This document shows positions 37,661 through 46,286 of a stretch of 64,000 bases of DNA, one piece after another. Each line of letters opens with the position of its first letter. The first letter of the stretch is position 1. The DNA is from Betaproteobacteria bacterium (GTDB lineage Bacteria > Pseudomonadota > Gammaproteobacteria > Burkholderiales > SG8-39). The notes beneath the pieces were generated by a model, which worked only from the letters and a program-made list of their open reading frames with translations, had not been told where the DNA came from and ran no database searches. Where the stretch lies: assembly GCA_947479645.1 (NCBI GenBank), contig CANKAJ010000007.1, positions 559-64,558 on the forward strand, read 5' to 3'. The position numbers and the translations under genes are program-made.

Positions 37661-38125
37661 GCAAGTTGGTCAATGCATCCGCGCGATTGTCGCGGGCCAT
37701 CGACACTTGAAGTATCGAAAAAGTTTTCTGGGTGCTGGCTGAAAGGTTCTGGCCGACACCTGCAGGTTCTCCAACCTGGACACCCGCGGGGCAAACTCCT
37801 CCAGCCCCGGAGCTCGCGCAAGTGAGTGCGGGTGCTCCAGTTCTTTCTTGGATTCAATCGTGGTACCTGGGTTCGGTTGTCTTGCCGAGGCACCCGCATG
37901 CCCCTTCTGCAGTGCCCATCAGGACACTCGTAGATCCGGATCCTTATCGACGGTATTGTTCGCTGTATTGTGCGTTGTGCTTGAAGCACGGCCGCAGCCG
38001 TAATAGCATGCGCAACGTGCCGCCCGGTTACAGGCCGGGTGTGTGCCAAGCGCCTGCTTTCGGGCCATAACAATCAACAGTAAACACGCGCCCATTCGCC
38101 CGGTATCCTATTTGCTGTCCCAGGG

Positions 38126-38147
38126 CATCGCAGCGATATCTGCGATG
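38126..38147. promoter_or_regulatory. perfect 8-bp inverted repeat CATCGCAG-CGATAT-CTGCGATG upstream of the permease gene
   Basis: Read directly. Lies 47-68 nt upstream of ATG 38194. Confidence 0.45.
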
Positions 38148-38193
38148 ATTCCGGGCGGGCCAGGGCGCGCTTCTTATTGGAGTTGCCTCGCCC

Positions 38194-39543
38194 ATGAGTG
38201 AACACAACCATACCGCTGCGCCGCGCCCGACTTTTGATTTGAAGGATGCGGTGGCGTTGATTGTCGGCATTATTGTCGGCGCCGGCATATTCAAGGCGCC
38301 GTCGCTGGTGGCCAAATTCTCCGGCAGTTCCGAAGTGATGATGCTGGCCTGGGTGTTAGGCGGCGTCATTTCGATGCTGGGCGCGCTGTGCTATGCCGAA
38401 CTTGCCACCTCGCATCCGAATGCCGGCGGCGAGTACCATTTTCTGGAGCGTGCTTTCGGTGGCGACGTGGCGAGGCTGTTTGCCTGGGCGCGCATGACCG
38501 TGATTGCCAGCGGCTCAATCGCCATTTTCGCTTTTGTGTTTGCCGATTACGCCACCCAGTTGCTGCGTCTGGGTGAGCATTCCTCCTCGATCTATGCGGC
38601 CGGACTGATCATGCTGTTGACGGCCATCAACATCGTTGGCATCAACGCGGGCAAATGGACGCAGAACTGGCTCACCTTGATCGAGGTGTCCGGCCTGGTG
38701 TCGATTGTCATCGCCGGCTTTTTCTTTGCCACGCCGGACCTGCCCGCGGCAGGCGTGGCGGCGGCGCCAGCCGCATCTTCGCTGCCTGATGCCGGCATGT
38801 TCGGACTGGCCATGGTGTTCGTGTTGCTGACCTATGGCGGCTGGAACGATGCGGCCTACCTGTCCGCTGAAATCAAGGATGGCCGGCGCAACATCGCGCT
38901 CTCGCTGCTGTTGGGCCTGGGGATCGTCACGTTCCTTTATATTCTGGTCAGTCTGGCCTATCTCCACGGTCTGGGGCTGGAGGGCATGGCCAAGTCCGAT
39001 GCGGTGGCCTCCGACCTGTTGACCCGCGCCTGGGGACCATTCGGTGGGCAACTGATGAGTGTATTTGTGGCGGTGGCTGCGATCACGTCGGCCAATGCCA
39101 CCATGTTGACGGGCGCGCGCACCGGTTATGCGCTGGGTCGTGACTGGTCGCTGTTCCGATTTCTCGGTGTCTGGGATGGCGTGCGCGGTGTGCCGACCAA
39201 CGCCATGCTGGTGCAATGTGCGATTGCATTGGCACTGGTGGCGTTGGGTACCTATACGCGCAAGGGCTTCGAGACCATGGTGGATTACACCGCGCCGGTG
39301 TTCTGGTTGTTCTTCTTTCTCACCGGCATGACGGTATTTATCTTCCGGCAGTGGGAACCGCACGCGCCACGCGCATTCAAGGTGCCGTTCTATCCGGTGA
39401 CACCACTGCTGTTCTGCGGTGTCTGTGTCTATATGCTTTACTCCAGCCTGGCCTATACCGGCAAAGGCGCGTTGGTCGGTGTTGGTGTGTTGCTGGTGGG
39501 TGTGCTGCTGTTGTTGATCGGCAAGCGCGGTCATTCGGCGTGA
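38194..39543 (+). CDS. APC-superfamily amino-acid permease
   Basis: 449 aa with about 12 TM segments. N-terminal LIVGIIVGAGIFKAPSLVA and GALCYAELATSHPNAGGEYHF are typical APC motifs. Confidence 0.85.
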   Translation: MSEHNHTAAPRPTFDLKDAVALIVGIIVGAGIFKAPSLVAKFSGSSEVMMLAWVLGGVISMLGALCYAELATSHPNAGGEYHFLERAFGGDVARLFAWARMTVIASGSIAIFAFVFADYATQLLRLGEHSSSIYAAGLIMLLTAINIVGINAGKWTQNWLTLIEVSGLVSIVIAGFFFATPDLPAAGVAAAPAASSLPDAGMFGLAMVFVLLTYGGWNDAAYLSAEIKDGRRNIALSLLLGLGIVTFLYILVSLAYLHGLGLEGMAKSDAVASDLLTRAWGPFGGQLMSVFVAVAAITSANATMLTGARTGYALGRDWSLFRFLGVWDGVRGVPTNAMLVQCAIALALVALGTYTRKGFETMVDYTAPVFWLFFFLTGMTVFIFRQWEPHAPRAFKVPFYPVTPLLFCGVCVYMLYSSLAYTGKGALVGVGVLLVGVLLLLIGKRGHSA

Positions 39544-39559
39544 TTTGAAGGAGATTCAG

Positions 39560-40423
39560 ATGGGCTCGAAAGGGATATTGCGGTTTGTAACGGCAGCTAT
39601 TTTCGCGACGGCCTCGGCCTTGTCGTGTTCTGCATTGGCCCAGGGTGGGACTGCCGGATCATTTACGCCCTCGGTGGGACAAGAGGGCAAGGATGTCATC
39701 TGGGTGCCGACGCCGCCTGAACTGGTCCGGCGCATGCTGCAACTGGCGCAGACGACATCGAAAGACTACGTCGTTGATCTGGGCGCGGGCGACGGACGTA
39801 TCGCCATTGCGGCGGCAAAACAGTTCGGTGCGCGCGCCATGGGCATCGAGTACAACCCCGACATGGTGACCCTGGCCAATCGCGAAGCAACAGCGGCCGG
39901 CGTATCGGCAAAGGCAAAGATAGTCCAGGGTGATATTTTCGAGAAGGATTTTTCCGACGCCAGTGTGGTGACGATGTACCTGCTCACGCAGCTCAATCTG
40001 AAACTGCGTCCCAGGCTGCTCGACATGAGACCGGGGACCCGGCTGGTAGCGCATCAATTTGGCATGGGTGACTGGCAGCCGGATGAGACTTCCTACGTGG
40101 AAGGCCGTCCGGCACATCTTTGGATAGTCCCTGCCAAAGTGGCAGGCAACTGGAAGGTGCGCGTCACCGATGGTGTGCGCTCGCGGGAGTTTTCACTGCA
40201 GCTGGAACAGACCTTCCAGAAAGTCACTGGCAGCGCTGATTTCGGCAAGATGAATACGTCGTTGCGTGATGCGCGCCTGCAAGGCGGGCTGCTGCGCTTC
40301 GTATTGACTGATGCCGATGGATTGCTGCGCGAGTACTCCGGGGTGGTGTCGGGTGACACCATATCGGGCAGTGTCGGCGGCGCCGGGCCGCGGCTGCGCT
40401 GGCAGGCGGTCAAAAGCGGCTGA
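39560..40423 (+). CDS. class-I SAM methyltransferase, FAM173/ATPSCKMT-like, with cleavable-looking signal peptide (paralog 2)
   Basis: ATG 39560 lies 6 nt after AAGGAG and 17 nt after the permease stop. MGSKGILRFVTAAIFATASALSCSALA/QGG. SAM motif VVDLGAGDGRIAIAAAKQFG, then GIEYNP. C-terminal extension ending RLRWQAVKSG. Confidence 0.75.
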   Translation: MGSKGILRFVTAAIFATASALSCSALAQGGTAGSFTPSVGQEGKDVIWVPTPPELVRRMLQLAQTTSKDYVVDLGAGDGRIAIAAAKQFGARAMGIEYNPDMVTLANREATAAGVSAKAKIVQGDIFEKDFSDASVVTMYLLTQLNLKLRPRLLDMRPGTRLVAHQFGMGDWQPDETSYVEGRPAHLWIVPAKVAGNWKVRVTDGVRSREFSLQLEQTFQKVTGSADFGKMNTSLRDARLQGGLLRFVLTDADGLLREYSGVVSGDTISGSVGGAGPRLRWQAVKSG

Positions 40424-40485
40424 TTGCATTCGTCCCGCGACTCTCGCGTTTCGCGGCCGATCCATTTCATTGAATTGCGGGAATT

Positions 40486-41073
40486 ATGAAGAAGAAAAGC
40501 ACCACCAGCGTTAAACAGGCCACGGAAAAAAAGACACCGGTAAAGACACCGGTAAAGACAGCGGTAAAGACAGCGGTCAAGCTGGACAAGCTGCCCGAGT
40601 CAGGCAAGCCAGCCAAACCAGCCAAGCCGCCAGCCTTTACCATACGTAAGTCCGTTATCCATGGCAGGGGGGCATTTGCCACCCGGGACATTCGCAAGGG
40701 CAAGAAGCTGGTGGAGTACACCGGTGAACTCATCACGTGGGAAGAGGCCGAGCGCCGCTATCCGGTGGACCCCATTCCGTATCACACCTTTCTGTTTGAA
40801 ATCGGTGACGGCTCGCACTGCCTGGATGCGGCGCGGCGTGGCACGCCGGCAAAGTGGTTCAACCACTGCTGCAAGCCCAATTGCGAGGCCGAAGAGGACG
40901 AGGATGAGCGCGTGTTCCTCCGCACCAAACGCGCCATCAAGGAAGGCGAAGAACTGACCTATGACTACAATCTGACTTGCGAAGAAAAAATGAAAAAGTC
41001 AGAGCGCCTGCGCCGCTATCCCTGCTGGTGCGGCGTGAAGAAGTGTCGCGGCACCATGCTGGCGAAAAAATAG
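40486..41073 (+). CDS. SET-domain protein lysine methyltransferase with Lys-rich H1-like N-terminal tail and post-SET Cys cluster
   Basis: IHGRGAFATRDI, WFNHCCKPNC (NHxCxPN), ELTYDY, post-SET CWCGVKKCRG. N-terminal KTPVKTPVKTAVKTAVK and KPAKPAKPP. Confidence 0.85.
   Translation: MKKKSTTSVKQATEKKTPVKTPVKTAVKTAVKLDKLPESGKPAKPAKPPAFTIRKSVIHGRGAFATRDIRKGKKLVEYTGELITWEEAERRYPVDPIPYHTFLFEIGDGSHCLDAARRGTPAKWFNHCCKPNCEAEEDEDERVFLRTKRAIKEGEELTYDYNLTCEEKMKKSERLRRYPCWCGVKKCRGTMLAKK
40531..40578 (+). repeat. in-frame 12-bp tandem repeat x4 (AAGACAsCGGTm) encoding KTPV/KTAV units inside the SET gene
   Basis: aagacaccggta x2, aagacagcggta, aagacagcggtc. Followed at 40603..40632 by 9-bp KPA-type repeats. 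Confidence 0.9.
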
Positions 41074-41112
41074 GCAGTCATATTTGATAGCAAATATTCT
41101 GTAGATTACCTT

Positions 41113-41154
41113 CCCCGAATGATCAATTCCTGAAATTGATCATTATTTTCGGGG
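41113..41154. terminator. compound hairpin between convergent genes (bidirectional terminator candidate)
   Basis: CCCCGAA-[TGATCAATT-CCTG-AAATTGATCA]-TTATT-TTCGGGG in an AT-rich spacer between the SET gene and coxG. Confidence 0.6.
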
Positions 41155-41171
41155 TCGATTAACGCCGCGCT

Positions 41172-41630
41172 TCAGGGCTGAGCGGCCGGCTGGGGAGCAA
41201 CCCGCGCGTTGAACTTGACGAAAAACTCATCGGCCATTTTTCGCGCGACGCCGTCAATCAGCCGGGAGCCGATCTGTGCGAGTTTGCCGCCCACGCTGGC
41301 CTTGGCGGAATAACTCAGGCGGGTGCCGCTGCCATCGGGTGACAAAGTCACACTGGCCGTTCCCTTGCCGAATCCGGCAATGCCCCCCGTTCCTTCAAAC
41401 GCCAGCGCATAGGAATCGGGCGGGTTCATGTCCAGCAGCAATAGCTTGCCGGTGAATTTTGCCTTGACCGGCCCGATGGCGGCGGTCATGCCGACCTTGT
41501 ACTCGGTGTCGGAGATCTTCTCCATCAGGTCGCAGCCACTGATGCAGTCTTTCAGGATCGCAGGATCATTCAGCGCTTCCCACACCTGTTGTTGCGGCAG
41601 CGGAATGATTTGTTCGCCGGTCATGTCCAT
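41172..41630 (-). CDS. coxG: CoxG-like SRPBCC protein
   Basis: MDMTGEQIIPLPQQQVWEALNDPAILKDCISGC is the typical CoxG N-terminus. ATG 41630 (the track ORF extends spuriously to 42011). Confidence 0.8.
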   Translation of the reverse strand: MDMTGEQIIPLPQQQVWEALNDPAILKDCISGCDLMEKISDTEYKVGMTAAIGPVKAKFTGKLLLLDMNPPDSYALAFEGTGGIAGFGKGTASVTLSPDGSGTRLSYSAKASVGGKLAQIGSRLIDGVARKMADEFFVKFNARVAPQPAAQP

Positions 41631-41686
41631 GGTGTGTCCTTGTTTTCGTGCATTGGTTCGTACAGTAAGTGGGTGTTGCCCGAATT

Positions 41687-42979
41687 TCAGGCGGCCTGCG
41701 GCGGGCGTGCCCGTTGCGGTGTTGTTTGCATGACCGCGGCAAGATCGATGAGGCTCTTGATATTGTGGGCCGGCAGAAAGGCATCCACGTGCGGCAGCAT
41801 GGCACGCACACCGGCGGGGCGGGCTTCGAAGTCCTTGTAGCGCAGCAGCGGATTGAGCCAGATGAGTTGGCGGCAGGACTTGTGCATGCGTTCCATCTGT
41901 ATCGACAGTCCTTCGCCGACGTCCCCATCCAGGCCATCGGAAATCATCAGCACGGTGGCGTTCTGTGCCAGCACGCGGCGCGACCAGCGCAGGTTGAATT
42001 CCGCCAGGCATTGCCCGATGCGTGTGCCGCCCGACCAGTCGGCGATCATTTCCAGCACCTGCGCCATCGCCACGTCCACATCGCGGTGGCGCAGATGGCG
42101 CGTGACGTTGGTGAGCCGGGTGCCGAACACAAAACTGGTGACGCGGTCACGGTCACTGGTGATGGCGTGCAGAAAGTGCAGGAACATGCGCGAATAGCGG
42201 CTCATCGAACCCGACACATCGCACAGCACCACCAGCGGCGGATGACGGTAGCGCGGCGAGCGGCGCTTCAGCGGGATGATGTCGCCGCCGGTCTTCATGG
42301 CCGCGCGCAGCGTGGCGCGCATGTCCACGCGCCTGCCGCGATCATCAGGGCGCATGCGCCGTGTGCGGATTTCCGGAATGGGCAGGCGCAGGCGCGAGAT
42401 CAGGCGTTTGGCCTGCGCCATTTCCTGCGGCGACATGGATTCGAAATCGGCGTGCTGCAGCACTTCACGCGAGGAGTAGCTTTGCGCGGCATCCGCTTCG
42501 ATCTCCCGTGTTGCCTCCTCCGCATCGTCCCGGCCCTTGAGTTCGGATACCAGTGCCTGGGCAAGCCGGGATGAAAGCTGGCCTTCGTCCGCCGGCGCTT
42601 CGTTTTGCGCAGCCGAAAATGAATTCGGCAGCAGCAGGCTGAGCGCCCGCTCCAGCATGCGCGGATCGCGCCAGAACATCTGGAATGCCTGGTCGAACAG
42701 TTCGAACTGCTCGCGCCGGTCGATGAAGACCGACGCCAGCGTCCAGTAGAAATCGTCGCGTCGCTCGATGCCCGCCGTTTCGATGGCCTTGATCACGTCG
42801 ATGACGCGATTGGGCCCGATCGGCAGTCCCGCCGCGCGCAGCACGCGCGCGAAATGGACGACGTTTTCAGCCAGCCGGCCGTTGGTCTGCGTGTCGGTGT
42901 GCGCCTCTGCCGGCACCGCCGTTGCGTTTGCCGTACTGGTGTTCGCGATAGCAGTCGGCTCTGTGCTGCGTGAGACCAT
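41687..42979 (-). CDS. coxE: CoxE-like von Willebrand factor A domain protein
   Basis: MIDAS-type VVLCDVSGSMS. Position directly after the MoxR-type ATPase. Confidence 0.8.
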   Translation of the reverse strand: MVSRSTEPTAIANTSTANATAVPAEAHTDTQTNGRLAENVVHFARVLRAAGLPIGPNRVIDVIKAIETAGIERRDDFYWTLASVFIDRREQFELFDQAFQMFWRDPRMLERALSLLLPNSFSAAQNEAPADEGQLSSRLAQALVSELKGRDDAEEATREIEADAAQSYSSREVLQHADFESMSPQEMAQAKRLISRLRLPIPEIRTRRMRPDDRGRRVDMRATLRAAMKTGGDIIPLKRRSPRYRHPPLVVLCDVSGSMSRYSRMFLHFLHAITSDRDRVTSFVFGTRLTNVTRHLRHRDVDVAMAQVLEMIADWSGGTRIGQCLAEFNLRWSRRVLAQNATVLMISDGLDGDVGEGLSIQMERMHKSCRQLIWLNPLLRYKDFEARPAGVRAMLPHVDAFLPAHNIKSLIDLAAVMQTTPQRARPPQAA

Positions 42980-42981
42980 CT

Positions 42982-43932
42982 TCAGGCAGCGACTTCGGCT
43001 TTGACTTCGGCCAGCAACCGCTCGGCCTCGCTGCCCTGAATGCTGGAAATGTCATCCTGGTACTTGAGCAGCACGCCCAGCGTGTCATTGACGGTCTGGG
43101 CATCAAGCGAAAGTTTGTTCAGCGCCTGCAGCGCCTGTGACCAGTCGATGGTCTCGGCCACGCCCGGCAATTTGAACAAGTCCTTGCCGCGCAGGCGCTG
43201 CACAAACGCGACCACCTCCCGCGACAACCGTTCGGAGGCGCCGGGTGCCTTGCGGCGCAGGATTTCCAGTTCGCGCACGGCATCGGGGTAATCCACCCAG
43301 TGATAAAAACAGCGCCGCTTGATGGCATCGTGAATTTCACGCGTGCGGTTGGAGGTGATCACGACGATCGGCGGTTCCTTGGCCTTGACCGTGCCGATTT
43401 CCGGAATGGTGACCTGGAAGTCCGACAGCACTTCCAGCAGATAGGCTTCAAACGGCTCGTCGGTGCGATCCAGTTCATCGATCAGCAGCACCGGTGCTGC
43501 TCCCGCCTCGCCCTCCAGCGCCTGCAGTATTGGGCGGCGGATCAGAAAGCGCTCGGAGAAAATATCGCCGGTCAGTTTTTCGCGCGCGCCATCACGTGAT
43601 TTCGTGCCATCGGCTTCGGCCAGCCGGATTTCGATCATCTGTCGCGGGTAATTCCACTCGTACACGGCCGAGGCGATATCCAGCCCTTCGTAGCATTGCA
43701 GCCGGACCAGGCGGCGCCCGAGCATCGAAGACAGCACTTTGGCGATCTCGGTCTTGCCGACACCGGCTTCGCCTTCGAGAAACAGGGGACGGCCCATCTT
43801 CAGGGACAGAAACACCGCTGTGGCGAGGCTGCGCTCGGCAACGTAGTCGGCGCTCGACAACAGCTTGACCGTGTCATCAATGGAAGAGGGGAGCGTGACT
43901 TTGCTGGAATTGCTGGTTTTGCGTGCGGTCAT
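42982..43932 (-). CDS. coxD: CoxD-like MoxR-family AAA+ ATPase
   Basis: Walker A LEGEAGVGKTEIAK, Walker B LLIDELDR. ATG 43932 (the track ORF extends to 44334 through the FkbM gene). Confidence 0.85.
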   Translation of the reverse strand: MTARKTSNSSKVTLPSSIDDTVKLLSSADYVAERSLATAVFLSLKMGRPLFLEGEAGVGKTEIAKVLSSMLGRRLVRLQCYEGLDIASAVYEWNYPRQMIEIRLAEADGTKSRDGAREKLTGDIFSERFLIRRPILQALEGEAGAAPVLLIDELDRTDEPFEAYLLEVLSDFQVTIPEIGTVKAKEPPIVVITSNRTREIHDAIKRRCFYHWVDYPDAVRELEILRRKAPGASERLSREVVAFVQRLRGKDLFKLPGVAETIDWSQALQALNKLSLDAQTVNDTLGVLLKYQDDISSIQGSEAERLLAEVKAEVAA

Positions 43933-43945
43933 GGCTTGTCCAAAG

Positions 43946-44809
43946 TTATCCTGGCGTGACTGAAAAGGTGTTGCCGGGTATCTGCTGCAGTTTTTCAACG
44001 TACATGTCGGCATGCCGTGTGGCTGACCGGTGGTCCAGTGCCTTGAGCACCACGAGGCACAGGTCGTAGGACTGCATGATATCGTGTAGCAGGATCGCCA
44101 GCCGGCAAAGCTTTGACGGCGGCAGCCGATCCAGCAGCATCCAGTCCCGCACATACACGGCATCGGCCCACAGCAACTGGCGGAATCCCTGATTCGGATT
44201 CTTGTCCCGAAGCGAGGGCTTGAATGGGCGCGCCCCAAAACCCTGAAAAGTGTGGAACTGGAAGCCGCGGCTGCGCAGATGCTGGTCAATATCGGCAAAC
44301 AGCGGCTGCTGCTTGTACAACTCGACAAATTCAACCTCGGTCTGTATCAGAAGGCACTCGCCGAGTATTCGTTCGGCGTTCCTGAAGATGTCCAGTTCCG
44401 CCCCCTGCACGTCGATCTTGATGAAGTCCACATCATCAATTTCCGCGATGTCGTCGAGCCTGCGCGTAGCGACGGTGTGCTTTGCCACCGGGGTCACCAG
44501 TTCCGCCAGGTTCTGGAATTTTTCCAGTAAGGGTGTATTGGGCTCATACAGGGAGCCGGTCAGCACCCAGTTGGTCTCGTGAAAACAGGCCGGTTTGCCG
44601 TCGCCGATGAAATACGGGAAAAACCGATGCGGCTCGCCATAGGTGGCGGCGAGTGTTTTGCATTCCGCCTGATCGGGCTCGAACCCGATCAGGCGGGCAC
44701 GTCCCGAGGTGAGCAGGTTTTCGTAGACAGGCTGCTCGCTCAGCGCAGCGCCGATGTCCAGTACCGTGATGAGATCAGGTTCTGGAAAAAACTCGAGCAG
44801 GCTGAACAT
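43946..44809 (-). CDS. FkbM-family SAM methyltransferase embedded in the cox-like operon
   Basis: VLDIGAALSE, GFEPD and IKIDVQGAELDIF are FkbM (Methyltransf_21) hallmarks. 13 nt upstream of coxD and 42 nt downstream of coxM. Confidence 0.75.
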   Translation of the reverse strand: MFSLLEFFPEPDLITVLDIGAALSEQPVYENLLTSGRARLIGFEPDQAECKTLAATYGEPHRFFPYFIGDGKPACFHETNWVLTGSLYEPNTPLLEKFQNLAELVTPVAKHTVATRRLDDIAEIDDVDFIKIDVQGAELDIFRNAERILGECLLIQTEVEFVELYKQQPLFADIDQHLRSRGFQFHTFQGFGARPFKPSLRDKNPNQGFRQLLWADAVYVRDWMLLDRLPPSKLCRLAILLHDIMQSYDLCLVVLKALDHRSATRHADMYVEKLQQIPGNTFSVTPG

Positions 44810-44851
44810 GGGCGGGTGACCCTATTACCGGCCCGGCCGGAGCAAAAAAAT

Positions 44852-45649
44852 TTACTCGCTGGCCTTGGCCACTGCGCGTTTGGCCATCACCGTCACCAGA
44901 TGCGCGCGGTAATCGGCCTGGGCATGCAGGTCGGCATTCAGGTTGTCCGCCGGAACCTTGATGTTGGCCACCGACTCCGGAGCGAATTTGGCGCTCAAGG
45001 CTTTTTCCATCTCGGCTACCCGGAACACGCCGGGGCCGGCACCGGTCACGGCGACGCGTACGCCCGCCGGGGTTTCGGCGACAAAAACGCCAACCAGCGC
45101 GAAGCGCGATGCCTGATTCTTGAACTTGATGTAGGCGGCCCGCTTGGGGATGGGAAAACTCACTGCGGTAATGATTTCGCCCGGCTCCAGTGCCGTCTCG
45201 TACATGCTGCCGAAGAAATCATCGGCGGCAATCTTGCGTTTGGTGGTGATGATGGTGGCGCCAAGGCCAACACAGCCGGCCGGATAGTCTGCCGCCGGAT
45301 CGTTGGTGGCGATGGAGCCGCCGATGGTGCCCATGTTGCGTACCTGACGATCACCGATATCGCCGGCCAGTGCGGCCAGCGCCGGTATGGCCTTTCTGAC
45401 ATCGGCACAGGCAGCGACAAACGCATGGGTGCTCATGGCGCCGACGACGAGGGTATCGCCTTCAATACGGGTGTATCGCAAATCAGCGATGTTGCCCAGG
45501 TCGACCAGTGCGGATGGCTGCGACAGGCGCAGTTTCATCGCGGCGATCAGGCTCTGGCCGCCCGCCAGCAGCTTCGCATCGGGGTCTGCCGCGATGCTGG
45601 TGGCGGCATCCGCGACCGATTTGGCTTTTGCGTACTTGAATGCGTACAT
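44852..45649 (-). CDS. coxM: molybdenum hydroxylase FAD-binding (medium) subunit, CoxM-like
   Basis: AKLLAGGQSLIAAMKLRL, GTIGGSIATNDPAADYP. Confidence 0.88.
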   Translation of the reverse strand: MYAFKYAKAKSVADAATSIAADPDAKLLAGGQSLIAAMKLRLSQPSALVDLGNIADLRYTRIEGDTLVVGAMSTHAFVAACADVRKAIPALAALAGDIGDRQVRNMGTIGGSIATNDPAADYPAGCVGLGATIITTKRKIAADDFFGSMYETALEPGEIITAVSFPIPKRAAYIKFKNQASRFALVGVFVAETPAGVRVAVTGAGPGVFRVAEMEKALSAKFAPESVANIKVPADNLNADLHAQADYRAHLVTVMAKRAVAKASE

Positions 45650-45651
45650 GA

Positions 45652-46140
45652 TTAAACCCCCGCCTTGGCAGAGGCCGGATCAGCCGCTGCGGCTTTGATG
45701 GCCTTGACAATGTTGTGGTAGCCCGTGCAGCGGCACAGGTTGCCATCCAGTTGCTCGCGAATCTGCTGTTCGGTCGTATCGGGGAAGTTCTTCACCAGGT
45801 CGATGGCGCTCATCACCATGCCCGGGGTGCAGAAGCCGCATTGCAGGCCATGGTGTTCCTTGAACGCCGCCTGCATCGGATGCAATGTGCCGTCAGCGTT
45901 GGCGACGCCTTCGATGGTGGTGATGCTGGCGCCTTCGGCCTGCATCGCCAGGATGTTGCAGCTCTTGACTGCGCGTCCATTCATATGGATGGTGCAGGCG
46001 CCGCACTGCGCCGTATCGCAACCCACATGCGTCCCGGTCATGCGCAGCGTTTCGCGGATATAGCTCACCAGCAGCGTGCGCTCTTCCACCTCGTGGCTCA
46101 CCGACTTGCCGTTGACTGTCATCGAAACTTTTACCGCCAC
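45652..46140 (-). CDS. coxS: molybdenum hydroxylase [2Fe-2S] (small) subunit, CoxS-like
   Basis: [15 protein letters not shown] and [11 protein letters not shown] cluster motifs. GTG 46140 lies 7 nt after GAGGAG. Confidence 0.88.
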   Translation of the reverse strand: MAVKVSMTVNGKSVSHEVEERTLLVSYIRETLRMTGTHVGCDTAQCGACTIHMNGRAVKSCNILAMQAEGASITTIEGVANADGTLHPMQAAFKEHHGLQCGFCTPGMVMSAIDLVKNFPDTTEQQIREQLDGNLCRCTGYHNIVKAIKAAAADPASAKAGV

Positions 46141-46286
46141 GGTGCTTCTCCTCTGATCATGGATGAGCTGCAGTGCAGCCGCTGGTGACTCGCTGGTTGC
46201 TTCCTGCCACTTGTTGTTGCTTGTTTTCATGCATTTTAATACCGATTGCCCGGCGTCGGAATCGTGATGCAGTTGCGCCGACCCGA

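Noticed and set aside
37779-37794. GACACCCGCGGGGCAA, reminiscent of the glycine-riboswitch core ACCGAAGGGGCAA, upstream of the amino-acid permease
   Set aside because: The other conserved glycine-riboswitch elements (CTCTGGAGAG 5' segment, CTCAGGCAAAAGGAC 3' segment, tandem aptamer) are not present, so the similarity is probably chance. An Infernal scan would settle it.
37354-38133. Shared 10-mer GCATCGCAGC at 37354..37363 and 38124..38133 as a common operator
   Set aside because: By rough estimate, a single 10-mer match within ~800 bp is not unexpected by chance, and there is no further flanking similarity.
46141-46230. N-terminally extended CoxS starting at ATG 46230 ([15 protein letters not shown]...)
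   Set aside because: No SD before that ATG, whereas GTG 46140 is preceded by GAGGAG at ideal spacing and gives a normal ~162-aa small subunit.
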